Numbered from the stretch's first letter, positions 12,547 through 24,492 are shown. The stretch is 64,000 nucleotides of DNA from Octopus sinensis (GCF_006345805.1 NC_043002.1:7130001-7194000); one strand, 5' to 3'. Notes: generated from the letters alone by a model not told the origin. Program-made: numbers and translations.

Positions 12547-13124
12547 GAAAACACATCAGAAAGTGGTAAGTGCACAATTTGTGGACAAAATGGTGAAACC
12601 GTATGGCATATTACCAGTCAACATACGCCACTAGCCAAGAAAGAATATAAGAGAAATCAAGAACAACATGGCAAGGATTGTCCATTGGACACTTTGCAAC
12701 AAGCATGGACTTGACAGAGCAAAAAAGTGGTACGAACATAAACCCGAAGGCATCATCGAAAATGATAATGCAAAGATCCTATCGGATTTTATGATTTAGT
12801 GCGACCATGAGATAGAGAATAGGAAACCAGACATAGTCTTAATTGAGAAAGAAAGCAAACGATGCTGGATCATAGATATAACATGCCTAGCTGACAACAA
12901 GGTATGCGATAACGAAGAAAGAAAAGCCGATAGATATGACAGGTTAGCTTGGGAGGTTAAGCAGTTATGGTCGCTGAAAAAGGTGGTAGTAGTACCAATA
13001 ATTATCGGAGCCCTGGGAGCAATGTATAGAAATCTTGAGAAGTACATGGAACAAATAGGGGCTGCAATAAGAGTGGCGCACTTGCAGAAATCAGCACTGC
13101 CTGGAACCGCCGGATGGTGCTCGA
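12547..13124 (+). mobile_element. 5'-truncated R4/Dong-clade non-LTR retrotransposon (CCHC finger plus restriction-like endonuclease)
   Basis: Translates with frameshifts as CTICGQNGETVWHITS...KWYEHKPEGIIENDNAKIL..DF...HEIENRKPDIVLIEKESKRCWIIDI...KADRYDRLAWEVKQLWSLKKVVVVPIIIGALG...LQKSAL.GTA, the C-terminal RLE domain. Confidence 0.9.
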
Positions 13125-14109
13125 ATAATGATGATGAGGATGATGATGATGATGATGTATATAGACACACACATGATAATGATGATGTTGTACACATACA
13201 TTACATACAAGTGAGTGAGCGAGAGAGAGAGAAAGAGAGAGAGAGAGAGAAGGGCAGATAGTCACTCTAAATTCAAATCCCGAAAATGGGGACATTTATC
13301 AGGATTTAAGGCCAACAGAGAGTAGCGGCAATTGAATTTTTAAAAATTGATTCCAGGGTGACATGTGTCGGGCCGAGGGCAGAATTCTGTTGTGTCTACT
13401 TTCGTTCCGAGTTCAGATCACGCCGGGATCAGGTTTTGCCGTTCATACCTCCTATCAAATATTAGGTTCAGTTCAATCGATTGTACGCTAAACACTCGAT
13501 TTAAAACTTTAGGCCTTTATGCCTTCACTAAAAATCGATATATCATTTAAATATGCATTTAACTATACTTGTTCGAGTCGGAGTGAAAATGCATGTTAAC
13601 AACAGACAGAGATTCGAGCTGATTTGAAAATCGATATCAATTTGAGAAAGGAAATGTAAATAAGTCATGCATAACAGTCGTAAGAATTACCCTAAGATAC
13701 GTAAATATTTAGAAACACATAAAAGAAACATATAATGTTCAAAATATATTAGTAATAAATCATGATCAGATTTGCTATGCGTAAAGTTATGCCAAGATTC
13801 TGTTTATAAATTAATTGATGGCTTTCTAAATATAATTCCTTGTGTGTGTGTTTTTTAAAGTTTATATCATTGTTAAATACTTCCTGAATCATTCTAAACT
13901 ATTTAATTATAATTCATTTTCAGATTACAAGAAACAGAAAAGATTCGGATTTTTTTTTTTCCGATTGAAACATTACCGGAAGAATAGAAATTTTTGAGAA
14001 AAAAGAAAACTATAATCACCCGTAAACAACACTAATACACTTCCTGCTCGAGACCTAGAATTTTATGAGGGAGCACATTCGATAATATTGATCTAAATGC
14101 TCAGATGGT

Positions 14110-15215
14110 ATATTTTATCGACCCCGAAAGAATGAAAGTTAATGTTGATCTCGTCGCCATTTGAACTCAGACTATAAAGCCAGAAGAAATATCGCTAAGT
14201 ATTTTGTCTCGCGTTGTAACGTTTCTACCTGCTCATCACCTTAGCAACAACGACGCTAATATCGGTTTCAAAATTTTGTACAAGGCCAGCAAATTCAGGG
14301 GAGGGACTAAGTCGACCACGTTGATCCCAGCTTTCAAATGGTATTCATTTTTATCGAGCGGCGAGCTGGAAGAAACGTTAGCACGCCGGGCGAAATGCCT
14401 AGCCGGATTTCGTCTGCCGTTACGTTCTGAGTTCAAATTCTGCCGAGGTCGACTTTGCCTTTCATCCTTTCGGGGTCGATAAATTAAGTACCAGTTACGT
14501 ACTGGGGTCGATGTAATTTATTTAATCCGTTGTCTGTCCTTGTTTGTTCCCTCTGTGTTTAGCCCCTTGTGGGTAGTAAAGAAATAGGTATTTATTTTAT
14601 CGACTCCAAAAGAATGAAAGGCAAAGTCGACCCCAGCAGGTTTTGAACACAGAACGTAAAGTCGGAAGAGATGCCGCTAGACATTTATTCCAGCGCTGTA
14701 ACGATGATGCCAGCTCCCCACCTTAACAACCACCTTAAAATTGGTTTCAAATTTTAGCACAAGGTCAGAATTTCGAGGAAGTGGTTAAGTCGATTAGATC
14801 GGCCCAGTGTTCAACTGGTACTTATTCCATCAACCTTGAAAGCGTGAAAGACGAAGTCGATCTCGGCAGTATTTGAACTCATAGCGTAAAGACGGAGGAA
14901 ATGTCGCTAAGCATTCTGAGTGGCGTAAAATTAATAGCATAAGGATTTCAGATTTTGGCACAAGGCTAGAAAGTTCGTGGGAGGGAACAAGTTGATTACA
15001 TCGATCCCAGCGTTCAACTAGTACTTTATTTTCTTTTCTGCTCTAGGCACAAGGTCCGAACTTTTGGGGGAGGGGCCAGTCGATTAGATCGACACCACTA
15101 TGCAACTGGTACTTAATTTATCGATCCCGAAAGGATGAAAGGCAAAATCGACATCGGCGGAATTTGAACTCTGAACGTAAAAGATGTGTGAAATTATCGC
15201 TAAGAATTTTGTGTA
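14110..15215. mobile_element. Cluster of nested family A and related SINEs: one intact + copy (14358-14590) among about five degenerate - copies
   Basis: Repeated atcgaccccgaaaggatgaaaggcaaagtcgac motifs; the intact copy is flanked by ggtatt.att.ttatcga direct repeats. Confidence 0.85.
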
Positions 15216-15744
15216 CGTTAAATTAATAGCAATAATGTTAACCGAAGAACGACTAGATGATTAGTACATGATGGTAAAGTGGCTTTAGTCACTGAATACA
15301 TATTACTGACTTTAACCAAAATTGAAGTTGAAAAGAGGAAAAAAAAAATGAAAATTTGTTATTCTAAATCTGAAACCAAATATTCTAATAATATGTATAC
15401 GATTTGCTTATCAAATCAAGTGAGTCGTGTTGGTTAAATGCTTGATTATAGTTTATACAACCCCAGTGTTCTAATTTTAAGTCTCTCTGAGATCGGTAGC
15501 CATAAACTCATATTCTTGGATAGTTTTAATAAAATAAACTCTAACCGTTTCCTTTTAACAAAAAAAAACCTTTCTGCAAGAAAGACTGTTGACTTTATCA
15601 TATCACTGCATAAAACAATTATCTCGCCCATTCACTCTCCTGAGTTTAACTCTTATATTCAACCAGGCTTTCCGTTTTTAGTTGCCCTTTCTCGTGATTA
15701 TAGTTTCTCATATAGGGTAGAATCTTATTCATATATGTGGTATA

Positions 15745-16133
15745 GGCGTAGGAGTGGTAAGTTGCTTGCTTACGATCCACATAGTTCCGGGTGGCACCTT
15801 GGGCAAGTGTCTTCTACTATAGCCTCGGGTCGACCAAAGCCTTGTGAGGGGATTTGGTAGATGGAAACTGAAAGAAGCCCGTCGTATATATGTATATATA
15901 TATATGTATGTGTGTGTATATGTTTGTGTGTCTGTGTTTGTCTCCCCAACATCGCTTGACAACCGATGCTGGTGTGTTTACGTCCCCATAACTTAGCGGT
16001 TCGGTAAAAGGAGCCCGATAGAATAAGTACTAAGCTTACAATGAATAACTCCTGGGGTCGATTTGCTCGACTAAAGGCGGTGCTCCTGCATGGCCACAGT
16101 CAAATGACTGAAACAACAAAAAGAGTAAAAGAG
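15745..16133 (+). mobile_element. tRNA-derived CORE-type SINE family B with an internal TA/TG microsatellite
   Basis: ggcgtaggagtgg head, ggcaccttgggcaagtgtcttctac CORE-like segment, tail ...ctccagcatggcc.cagtcaaatgactgaaacaa. Four full copies in the window. Confidence 0.9.
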
Positions 16134-16239
16134 TATATAAAATAGAAAGTTAAAAAAGCTTCCATTAACTGAGAATATCCAAGCAATTCATTGACAAAAA
16201 TTACCTTTTCTAAATGATAGCAGGAAAATAACTCCAAAA

Positions 16240-16411
16240 CGTCTGCCGCTACGTTCTGAGTTCAAATTCCGCCGAGGTCGACTTTGCCTTTCATCCTTTC
16301 GGGGTCGATAAATTAAGTACCAATTACGCACTGGGGTCGATGTAATCGACTTAATCCGTTTGTCTGTCCTTGTTTGTCCCCGCTATATTTAGCACCTTGT
16401 GGGTAATAAAG

Positions 16412-16416
<5 letters not shown>
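16240..16416 (+). mobile_element. SINE family A, 5'-truncated
   Basis: Core and tail, ending on (TA)n. Confidence 0.9.
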
Positions 16417-16451
<35 letters not shown>

Positions 16452-16468
<17 letters not shown>

Positions 16469-17000
16469 GTATAAGAGTTAAATAAAATTAATATTATTAA
16501 TTAATATTAATTTAAACCAGTGGCCTAGCATACTTAAAATTATCTGAAGACTATGCATTATATTACATTATTTAAATATAAATTATATTACATTTATTTA
16601 AATAAATTGTAAATAGTGTACATAATTACTCATCTCTTAAATATAGAACTATACATTATATTATATACGTAAAAAAGAGGAATAGTCACCAGTGAAATCA
16701 TTGCAGGAAACATAATTCACGGAACCAGATACAATACGTCCTCTCGGCAGAGAACATGCATGGAGTTTTACCAATCTTGTATCATGGACTCTCTTACAAA
16801 TGTCTTCATTTTGGCGCACTAAAACTTGAAAGAATTCTGCCGTTAATAAAGCTCCGTAGCGAATCCACCGGCTAGAGAACATGGTTATTTAAAAATTAAA
16901 TAATGAGGGTAGAAATTAATATTATTAATTAATATCAATTTAAACCAGTGGCCTAGCATACTTTAAAAAATATCCGAAGATTATGAATTACATTACGTAT
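16452..17000 (-). mobile_element. Partial tandem copies of a (TA)n-abutting, Penelope-type terminal-repeat family
   Basis: Direct repeat aaattaatattattaattaat...taaaccagtggcctagcatact at ~16485-16570 and ~16912-16995; shares segments with the 17.0-17.5 kb hairpin. Confidence 0.6.
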
Positions 17001-17004
17001 ATAA

Positions 17005-17524
17005 ATAAGAGGAATAGCCACCAAGGTGGATTCCTAATATGCTAGAAGAAGACACCAATTCATCTTAACACGTTCCCAAACATTTCAGCAAACGCCAGAA
17101 TGTAAGCAAGCAAGACAAATGAAAAGATATAAAGTAGGGCAATAAACTCCATACCTTAAGATTTCTCTATTAGTAATCATTAGTGTGATCATCCGTAGCT
17201 CTTCAGTTAAATCGTTGCTGGAAACAATTCACGGAACCAGATATAAAGAAGTCCTTTCGACAGAGAACTTACGTAAAGTTCTGCCTTCCGTGAATTATGT
17301 TTCCTGCAACGACTTCACTGAATCGCTACGGATGATCAAATTTGTGATTATTAATAGAGAAATCTTAAGGTATGGAGTTTATTGCCCTATTTTGTATTTT
17401 TCCATTTGTCTTGCTCGCTTACATTCTGGCGTTTTCTAAAAATCTTGAGAACATATTCCCCGTGGTAAGACGATATGACGTCTCCTTCTAATATATTAGG
17501 AAACCACCTTGGTGGATATTCCTG

Positions 17525-17528
<4 letters not shown>
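17005..17528. mobile_element. ~520-bp foldback (inverted pair) containing two degenerate hammerhead-like motifs
   Basis: Arms ~17005-17232 and ~17288-17528 are reverse complements. Motifs at 17145-17213 (-) and 17311-17379 (+). Confidence 0.75.
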
Positions 17529-17571
<43 letters not shown>

Positions 17572-17608
17572 TACACACATACACGCACACACACATAGAT
17601 AGATAGAT

Positions 17609-17670
<62 letters not shown>
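17527..17670. repeat. (TA)n, (CA)n and (GATA)n microsatellites
   Basis: Directly visible. Confidence 0.96.
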
Positions 17671-17673
<3 letters not shown>

Positions 17674-18045
17674 TGAATTCACTCATAAATCTTTGGTGTG
17701 CACACGTCCAAACTTGAACATATTTGCCCAATATTCTACACAATAAAATAAAGCTCTATCGAAGGATGTTGCTTGTAGATTTCAAACACCCCTAGATAGA
17801 GATTTTGTCAACTAGTTTTCTGATGAATATCAGTTGATCGATTTTTAATTTTTTTTAACCTCTCGACATTACATATATCAAACCCACCGGCATTTGTATT
17901 CTATAGAATGCTTTTCTGAGGTATTTTCCCTCCGCCAAATGACTAATAACTTAGTTTCAGTTCTATATTTAAGAGATCAGGAATTATTTACATTATTTAC
18001 ATTATTTACATTCGAAGGATATTTGTTCTCATCTTGTTTGTTGTT

Positions 18046-18091
18046 AACACAACGTTTCGGCTGATATACCCTCCAGCCTTCTTCAGGTGTT
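18046..18091 (-). ncRNA. Minimal type I hammerhead ribozyme (CUGAAGA core)
   Basis: Reverse complement: AAACAC-CUGAAGA-A-GGCUG-gagggtatat-CAGCC-GAAAC-GUU-GUGUU. Confidence 0.75.
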
Positions 18092-18339
18092 TTGGGGGAA
18101 ATTCCGAACCTGGGTTCTCATTCCTAAGGTATTTTTAGATGTTGTTATTATTATTATTATTGTTGTTGTTGTTGCCCGTGGGCATATGGCGTAGTGGTTA
18201 AGAGCGCGGGCTACTAACCCCAAGATTCCAAGTTCGATTCCAAGCAGTGACCTGAACAATAACAATAACAATAATAATAATAAATAATAACATCGAAAAA
18301 TACCTAAAGAATGAGAACCCAGGTTCGAAATTTCCCCAA

Positions 18340-18385
18340 GACACCTGATGAAGGCTGGAGGGTATATCAGCCGAAACGTTGTGTT
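18340..18385 (+). ncRNA. Minimal type I hammerhead ribozyme (CUGAUGA core)
   Basis: GACAC-CUGAUGA (18345-18351)-A-GGCUG...CAGCC-GAAA (18373-18376)-C-GUU-GUGUU. Palindromic helix III AACGUU; predicted cut after 18380. Confidence 0.8.
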
Positions 18386-19487
18386 AACAACAAACAAGAT
18401 GAGAAAAAATATCTGTCGAATGTAAATAATGTAAATAATGAACCTAGTTTTACTTTCTGATCTCTTTATCTCTCTACCATTTCTTTTTTATCTCTATTCT
18501 CTTACTATTTTCCGTTTTTACCATTATGTCATGTATTCCTTCTATACTAACCATAGTTATTCCTTTTCTTGCCGACCTTCTCTGTATTTTAAATCACTAA
18601 TTTCAAAGCATTTTTTAAACTTTTAATTTTTTTCTGCCTCTCCCTTCTTTTCTCTTTTATTCCTTAAACATTCTGGTCTCTTATTGTCTCGTTTCATTTC
18701 CCTCTCCTATTGTTTTTATGAATCTGTTTCAGCTAAATATATCTATTTTCTTCGGCTTTTCCCCACTATTTTAAACAGATTGTTTTTGTCCCTCTCTATT
18801 ATTTCTTTCGGTTGCTTCTCTAAAACTCTACTATTCTGTTTAAATACACATTTGTGTAAATGTGCACGCGTGTACAGGTGCGCGTGTGTACGTGTATATA
18901 TACGCGTATGTATGTGTGCATGTACGTGTGTGTGTGTGCGTTTGTTTGTTTGTTTGCATGTGTGTGTATATATTCTTTTACCTGTTTCAGTCATTTTGAA
19001 TGTGTTGAGTGCCTTTTTTTTTCGTTTGTTCACTCAATTGTGTGTGTGTGTGGTGTGTGTGTGTGTACGCTCGCTTACTCTTTCTGAATTTTTTCGTTAA
19101 ACCATCTCTCAATCTCCATTCCTATCCTAAACATGTTTCAAGTACATTTAGCCTTAATTTTTTTCCTTATTTTTTTACTTCTGGAATTTATGTATTCCTC
19201 CTTTTCTCTCGAAATATTTTACTTCTATTTGTATTATTGTAATTTATTCGGATTTTTAAGTTCTGTTTATAAAACTGATAGAAATTTCATGTTTTGACAA
19301 TGGATTATCAACAAAAAATTTTTTATGGACAAAAACAATATTCTAAATTCATCAAATTCGTATTTAAAAAAATATTATCTAAAATCCCCCAACATTTTTA
19401 ACACATCAACTTCCACAATAATCAGTACAGCCACTAATAATTTTCACATTCTTACTAATTAAAGATCCATGCAACTGATAAAGCAAT

Positions 19488-19785
19488 TTTTTTTTTTGTT
19501 CCTTCTCGAGCCGTGCCTGGCTGATAAGGGCCGGTTTCCCGGCGTATAGGTTCCCCACCTGGACTGGACGCCGATCCGTCGCAGGTGAGCTGCAAGATGC
19601 AGGAGGTAAGAGTGAGAGAAAGTTGTGGCGAAAGAGTCAGCAGAAGTTTCGTCATTAGCTTCTGTCGGAGCCGCGTGGAGCTTAGGTGTTTCGCTCATAA
19701 ACACACACATGGCCCTGTCTGAGATTCGAACCCGCGATCCCTCGACCGCGGGTCCGCTGCTCTAACCACTACGCCATGTGCCTCC
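19488..19785 (-). mobile_element. tRNA-derived SINE family C (tail variant 1) with poly(A) and TSD
   Basis: Head ggaggcacatggcgtagtggttagagcagcggac...gggttcgaatc; 14-bp TSD actgataaagcaat (19474-19487 and 19786-19799). Confidence 0.9.
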
Positions 19786-20022
19786 ACTGATAAAGCAATG
19801 TAATAGCTTGAATTGTCTCTGTTCATATCTCCATTGTAAAGCAAGTAATAGACTCTTGGCATCTGTCCAAAGATGTGTGTTATAATCAGCACTAATATAT
19901 ACTCTGGACCTTAATTTCTGTGCGATCAATTACTAACAAGTCACGTTATGCCATTAAATATGTCATAGAAATTTACAGACGCTTTTCATGTGTAAATTTA
20001 AAGTTAGTATTCGTGTAGATGT

Positions 20023-20346
20023 GACGGCGCATGGCTCAGGGGTTAGAGCGTCGAGCTTACGATCGTGAGGTTGTGAGTTCGATTTCCGGACCGGGCTGCG
20101 TGATGTGTTCTTCAGCAAGACACTTTATTTCACGTTGCTCCAGTTAATTGAGTAGCGACGTTACTGGTGCCAAGCTGTATCGGCCCCTTTGCCTTTCCCT
20201 TGGATAACATCAGTGGCGTGGAAAGGGGAGGCCGGTATGCATGGGCGACTGCTGGCCTTCCATAAACAATCTTACCCGGACTTGTACCTCAGAAGATAAC
20301 TTTCTAGATGCAATCCCATGATCATTCATGACCGAAGGGGTCTCCC
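20023..20346 (+). mobile_element. tRNA-derived CORE-type SINE family D
   Basis: gacggcgcatggctcaggggttagagcg A box, gagttcgatttcc B box, ttcagcaagacactttatttcacgttgctccag CORE-like segment. Confidence 0.8.
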
Positions 20347-20816
20347 ATTTGTTTAGATGGTGGTCCAGTTGATAGGTCTTTACAATGGCAAACGAAACAT
20401 CCATGGAATGGAATGAATATGAATATTTTTAAAAATGTAACCTGTAAAGAAATTGAAAGCAAAATCCATATTCTACAGCGGGTTTACAATGTGTTTGTGT
20501 GTGTGTGCGTGTGCGCACGTGTGTGTAAACACGATAGATAGACTGTTTTATTAGCTGAAAATATAGTAGTGGTTAACGAGGCACCCAGAGTTTTGCTGAT
20601 AGTATTTTGATTTTTCTGTTGTTTTTTTTTTTTCGTAAATCACAAACAGAGACAAGCACTTTCTCCGCACCTTCCACTTTAGACCCAGTAGCACTATCGG
20701 AGCTGGATTACTTCAGTTACAGGACCAGTACTACATGTAGAGCGGGGAGAGATACGCACCAGCAAGCGGCTGATATTTTAAAAGACAAGGGCAGGGTTTC
20801 AGAAGCGGAATAATTA

Positions 20817-21051
20817 TTTGTTTCTTTATTACCCACAAGGGGTTAAACACAGAGAGGGGACAAACAAGAACAGACAAACGGATAAAGTCGATTATATCGA
20901 CCCCAGTGCGTAACTGGTACTTAATTTATCGACTTCGGAAGGATGAAAGGCAAAGTCGACCTCGGCGGAATTTGAACTCAGAACGTAACGGCAGATGAAA
21001 TACGGCTACGCATTTCTCCCGGCGTGCTAACGTGTCTGCCAGCTCGCCGCC
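20817..21051 (-). mobile_element. SINE family A, full length
   Basis: Complete consensus; flanking gcggaataattatt / gcgaaataattatt TSD-like repeat. Confidence 0.92.
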
Positions 21052-22172
21052 TTAGCGAAATAATTATTGCACAGCATTCTATTCGACGCTCAAACCATTC
21101 TATCAAGCGACCACCTTATAACATATACAACTAGATATGAAAGTCACATAACAAAGCAAACTTTTAAAAACCAAGGTGTATAAGAATCAGGAGAAGGGAA
21201 AACAAATAGGCGACGAGCAAGTAAAACGTTACGAAATTTTAAATGTCAGACGAGTTCACTTTGTTGCGAACATCCTTACCGGATTTCCGATTACAGGATT
21301 TCAAGAACTCAAAATTCTAACAACAACTCACCACCACCCCTATCGCTAACTTTTCTCTAGACAGTCCGGGATGTTAAGTAAAACAGTTTTGAAAGCTATT
21401 CCCACTCCTTAAAATTTTTATATGCAAGAAAGACAGGATGGTCGCAGTTAGAATAGCTTGACATTTTTCTGTTTTTTAATCAGAACTGAACTGGAATTTA
21501 ACAATATCAGCAAACATTCTTCAGCAAAGAGTCTCAACCACACTTACAAAAATAATTTCTTATATAAAGTCAGAAATTAAGAAGGTGGTTAATCAAATTG
21601 GCCCTAGTATTTGACTTGTACTTTACTATTACAAATTCAGAAAGACGAAACACGAAGCTGACCTTAGTAGAACTTGAACTGGAAACTTAAGAAACCGGAA
21701 CAAATACAACATAAAAATTATGTTAACATTTTATGCTTATAAAAGATACAATAAATTATTTTAAGAGATGTAACCTAACAACGATTTCTTTTTTATAATA
21801 TTCGGTTTATGACTTACTAACTGGCAGACGTAGCGGTAACTTGATGATTGTTAAATAATAATTATTTTATAAAATTCCTTTACTAATCCCGAATTCCCCT
21901 TTTCCCTTTTCATCTAAAACCGGCACATTATATATCATTAAGTAGATTTAAATTTCCCACTCACTTCCCCCAAAACGGGCACTAGACGTTTGTGGAGGAA
22001 TTAGATTAAGTAAATTAATCTTAGCTTCAAGGATAAATTCTCCAGTTTCGAGAAGCCGGTCAAGTGTTGATTTGAAATATTGCACAGATACTTGATCCGA
22101 TGAATTATTAAACTAAAATAAAACTAATAGAATTACTTAATTCCAATTTTATTAACTTGCATGATGTTATAT

Positions 22173-22572
22173 GTTTCTTTACTACCCACAAGGGGCTAAA
22201 CACTGAGGGGACAAACAAGGACAGACAAAGGGATTAAGTCGATTACATCGACTTCAGTGCGTAACTGGTACGCCGAAAGGATGAAAGGCAAAGTCGACTT
22301 CGGCGGAATTTGAACTCAGAACGTAACGACAGACGAAATACTTATTTCTTTACTACCCACAAGGGGCTAAACACAAAGGGAAAAACAAGGACAGACAAAG
22401 GGATTAAGTCGATTCCACTAACCCCAGTGCGTAACTGGTACTTGATTTATCGACCCCGAAAGGATGAAAGGCAAAGTCGACCTCGGCGGAATTTGGACTC
22501 GGAACTTATCGACAGACGAAAATCGACTATGCATTTCGCCCAGCGTGCTAACGTTTCTGTCAGCTCGCCGCC
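22173..22572 (-). mobile_element. SINE family A dimer inserted as one unit
   Basis: A full copy plus a 5'-truncated copy, flanked by the 18-bp TSD acttg(c/g)atgatgttatat (22155-22172 and 22577-22594). Confidence 0.88.
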
Positions 22573-22996
22573 TTTTACTTGGATGATGTTATATATGAAT
22601 CCCATTTTTATTTATATGCAGTGACATCGCCAAGGAAATAAGAACATACTTCTGGGTTCGATGTTTCATCGTGGAACTTTGAGCAAGCGTACAATTACAA
22701 GAATATAAACGTACTCGAAGATGGAAAGTTCATTGGCAATCAAGATTGTACACAACATCACGAAGTTAAATATTTCCATATTCAGTGTTCGACAACGGTT
22801 CGAATTCTTTTTGAGGAAATAACTCATTTGCTGTCCATTGACATAACGGAAGCAACATTTGTTAACTGTGAGAAGGGAAATAAAAAGTAAAAACGAAGAA
22901 TCGAAGAAGTTATTAACAACCAACTTCGAAAGAATGCTAATTTCATCAAAGGCATAATGCGGACTACTCTTACTTCAAAAAAAGTTTCCAGCCGGA

Positions 22997-23396
22997 GGAG
23001 TGGCCGCGTGGTAAGTAGCTTGCTTATCAACCACATGGTTCCGTGTTCAGTCCCACAGCGTGGCTTCTTGGGCAAGTGTCTTCTGCTATAGCCCCGGGCC
23101 GACCAATGCCTTGTGAGTGGATTTGGTAGACGGAAACTGAAAGAAGCCTGTCGTATATATGTATATATATATAAGTGTGTGTGTATATGTTTGTGTGTCT
23201 GTGTGTGTATATATTTGTGTGTCTGTGTTTGTCCCCCTAGCATTGCTTGACAACCGATGCTGGTGTGTTTACGTCCCCGTCACTTGGCGGTTCAGGGCTT
23301 ACAAAGAATAAGTCCTAGGGTCGATTTACTCGACTAAAGGAGGTGCTCCAGCATGGCCGCAGTCAAATGACTGAAACAAGTAAAAGGGTTAAAAGA
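22997..23396 (+). mobile_element. CORE-type SINE family B
   Basis: Same structure as 15745-16133. Confidence 0.9.
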
Positions 23397-23914
23397 GAGA
23401 GAGCCGAATTATGTGTTGCTCCCAGTTTTCCAGACGTAAAGATGTAATCTTGGCGCCGCAATGAAAGGTATGGAACTGGTTGAAGAAATCAGGAGAGTTT
23501 TCAATAGCTTCATCGGCGAACCAGTTAAAATTTGGGGGAAAGTACTCCAGAAGGGACAGGAATAAAATCATCAGGATTCTGTTCAGACACTACGCCATTT
23601 ACGACTAAATGTTGGCGTAAATTTCCCCTGAATGGTAAATTTTTCAACAAGTGGAAAATGGCAATTTCTTTCGCGACACGTAGTTCTCTTGAATGTGCTA
23701 ACTGACAGAAGGTTGAGTAATGCATTCGGAAGAACTTCATATCATGCTGATGAGCACCTGGATGTTATCGCTGATTTTTTTAATTTTTGTTGTTGGGTGG
23801 TATTTTGGATCCTGGGTTCAGGATGATCGGGTGGCTTGTTACGGTGTCCTTTTCATTTTGTGTGATATGGCTCCCAAAAATCTTTACATAATGCTTACCA
23901 GTTTGCGTGAGTGT

Positions 23915-24037
23915 ATATATGTATGTGTATGTATGTATGCATGTATGTATGTATGTATGTATGTATGTATGTATGTATGTATGTATGTATGTAGTATGTA
24001 TGTGTGTATGTATATGTGTGTGTATGCATGCATGTAT
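23915..24037. repeat. (TATG)n microsatellite
   Basis: Directly visible. Confidence 0.96.
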
Positions 24038-24266
24038 ACCACCCCAGAGAGGTGCTTTAACGCATATAATCTTATCTATATGCAAAGGAGCAAAATTACA
24101 ACTAGACCTCTGATCGAATGCATAAATTTTAATTTTCTAAGTTAATATTTAATTACTAATCAAATTAATTACTATATGTAGAATAATAAATTATATTGCG
24201 CATGCTAATTTCTTTGAAAAGAGATTAATACTTTGATAAATATGTTTTCTGTGAATTTACACGCAG

Positions 24267-24324
24267 GCATATATATATATATATGTATACATGTATGTAT
24301 GTATGTATGTATATGTATATGTAT

Positions 24325-24378
<54 letters not shown>

Positions 24379-24414
24379 ATAATATATATATATTATATAT
24401 ATATATTATATATA

Positions 24415-24492
<78 letters not shown>
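24267..24492. repeat. (TA)n microsatellite
   Basis: Directly visible. Confidence 0.96.

Larger units (their letters stand above)
17983..18440 (+). mobile_element. tRNA-headed, hammerhead-containing short retroelement with a 5' inverted duplication
   Basis: IR arms ~17983-18170 and ~18256-18440 flank a tRNA-like head (18180-18255; A box tggcgtagtgg, B box gttcgattcc). Each arm holds a minimal hammerhead. Tail (tgtaaataa)n. Confidence 0.8.

Noticed and set aside
18180-18255. tRNA gene-like sequences (also the heads at 19710-19785, 20023, 37688, 46947)
   Set aside because: They have A/B boxes but no proper acceptor stem and continue into SINE bodies; these are SINE heads, not tRNA genes.
22640-23870. 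Possible degenerate LINE RT flanking the family B SINE (KSSGF...GKFFNKWKMAI)
   Set aside because: Only a faint motif resemblance with many stops; cannot be supported without a profile search.
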